Shown here: positions 62,749 to 64,000 of the stretch, piece by piece
Layout of the letters: each line of letters begins with the position of its first letter
Position numbering within the stretch: position 1 is the first letter of the stretch
Assembly: GCA_002269645.1 (NCBI GenBank)
Contig: NIVC01000575.1
Coordinates: 467,630-531,629 of the forward strand
Direction of reading: 5' to 3'
Length of the DNA: 64,000 nucleotides
DNA from: Macrostomum lignano
Taxonomy: Eukaryota
Made by a program: the position numbers and the translations under genes
The notes under the pieces: model-generated
Database searches by the model: none
The model's input: only the letters and a program-made list of their open reading frames with translations
Told to the model about the DNA's origin: nothing

Positions 62749-63324
62749 CTTTTTTTCGAACTAACCACGAAACCTTGAATAAATTGGCTGACTAAGTCTA
62801 AGGTATACGATTACTCAAGGAAACTATATCGAATACTGAAATACAACTGTAATTGATATTGCTCGATGCAGTGGCAGGACTTGTTAAATTTTGCCAATTT
62901 AATTCCTCCTTCGCAAGTAATTTGAACTCTTCGCTTCCTGGTCGAACAGATGCATTTGTTCAGAAATAGACAATAAAAACGTATACACATTTTTTAAAAT
63001 ACAAAATGTACTGTCATTCATTTATATTTACCTTAAAAGTCTGCTAAATGTTTGACTTAACTGGATTTGTTATTATTTACTTTTAATTTCCGGACTTTTA
63101 CGGCCGGTTAAAATATGTATCTATTCCAAAAATCTATTTCACAAACTAACTCACCAATACTGAAAGGCTAGTTGCAACTGCACTTCTATTAAAGCACGGA
63201 GTTTCCTGGAAAAATGCATTCGAAAGGAGCAACTTAGGCATATTTGCATGTGGATTTCTCGCACGTCATGGGCCTAAGTTCAATAAGATGTACATGTATT
63301 TTATAAATATTTCGCCTCAGAAAT

Positions 63325-63965
63325 AATAATAATAACAATAATCTCACGCCCCGCGCCGACCACAAAAAAGTGGCCAAAAAGAGGAGGCGTCAAATCGCGC
63401 GCTTCAGGGCAAGGTCTCTGATGTGCTTCACGCCTGCTGCCGGCCTGCATGGCTGGGTGCTCGCGCATCATCGAAAAGACGCTCGATCCACGGCGAGCCA
63501 CTCGTCCCTGTCCGCGAATGCGAGGTCCCTGCGGAGTCCACAGCAGGACGTCCTGCAGCGTCTCTGGGCAGTAAGGCTTCGACCCGGATAAACATGCCCG
63601 CAAGCCGCAGACGTCGCTTGCTCAGCAGGAAAGACGGCAGCGTCAGGCGCGATCGCTGGTACCAGGGAGTCAGTCGTCTCGCTGCTGCCAGGGCCGTGGC
63701 GGGCGCCAAACGCGGCACGAACCAGAGCCGCATGCGCCGCGATGAGCTGCCTCTCGAGCGCCCCGGTCAGCGACCAGGTCTCAGCATTGTACAAGAGGGC
63801 GATCTCAACAACAGCCTGGAACAGCTGGGACCTGGCGCTGGCCGACAGGGCCTCCGAGAGCAGCACCGCCCGAACAGATCGAAAGGCGACATAGGCCTTG
63901 CCGCGCCGTCTCGCCAGGTCGTCGCTCACGTCCGGCACCAGTCCGCCGAGGTAGAGGAACTGATT
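63325..63965 (-). mobile_element. RTE-clade LINE 3' remnant (post-RT region), frameshifted
   Basis: FLYLGGLV...DDLARRRGKAYVAFRSV...QAVVEIALLYNAETWSLT...RRLRLAGMFIR follows the RTE ORF C-terminal pattern. (TAT)n tail at about 63325-63342 on the minus strand. Confidence 0.75.
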
Positions 63966-64000
63966 ACCTTAAGGCACGGAAAGAATTCCAAATGAAGCAA

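Noticed and set aside
63155-63205. 51-nt AG/GT-bounded segment translating as KLRALIEVQLQLAF
   Set aside because: It lies upstream of the CEP43-like ATG exon and is more simply a 5'UTR exon. There is no independent support for coding.

Overview
Eukaryotic (invertebrate animal) genomic DNA with GC-rich exons and introns largely filled by minisatellites. The architecture resembles the flatworm Macrostomum, which is inference only. I reconstructed seven spliced genes by hand using GT-AG junctions with consistent phases. Minus strand: RPL13A, lysyl-tRNA synthetase (KARS), a type II membrane cholinesterase-like protein lacking the catalytic serine (neurotactin-like), a 6Ig-5FN3 L1CAM/neuroglian, and a short FOP/CEP43-like LisH gene. 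Plus strand: Cdc25 phosphatase and PAN3. Mobile DNA comprises a tRNA-headed SINE family (one copy with a perfect 14-bp TSD), three hAT-type non-autonomous elements with 8-bp TSDs (one with a duplicated right end), and RNase H-bearing and RTE-type LINE remnants. The main unexplained pattern is that most large introns carry their own distinct tandem array (units of 13-55 bp), several containing splice-site consensus sequences. One such intron, in the neuroglian cytoplasmic tail, is in frame and free of stops. Most long ORFs in the supplied track are read-throughs of these arrays. No CRISPR array, rRNA or intact tRNA is supported.
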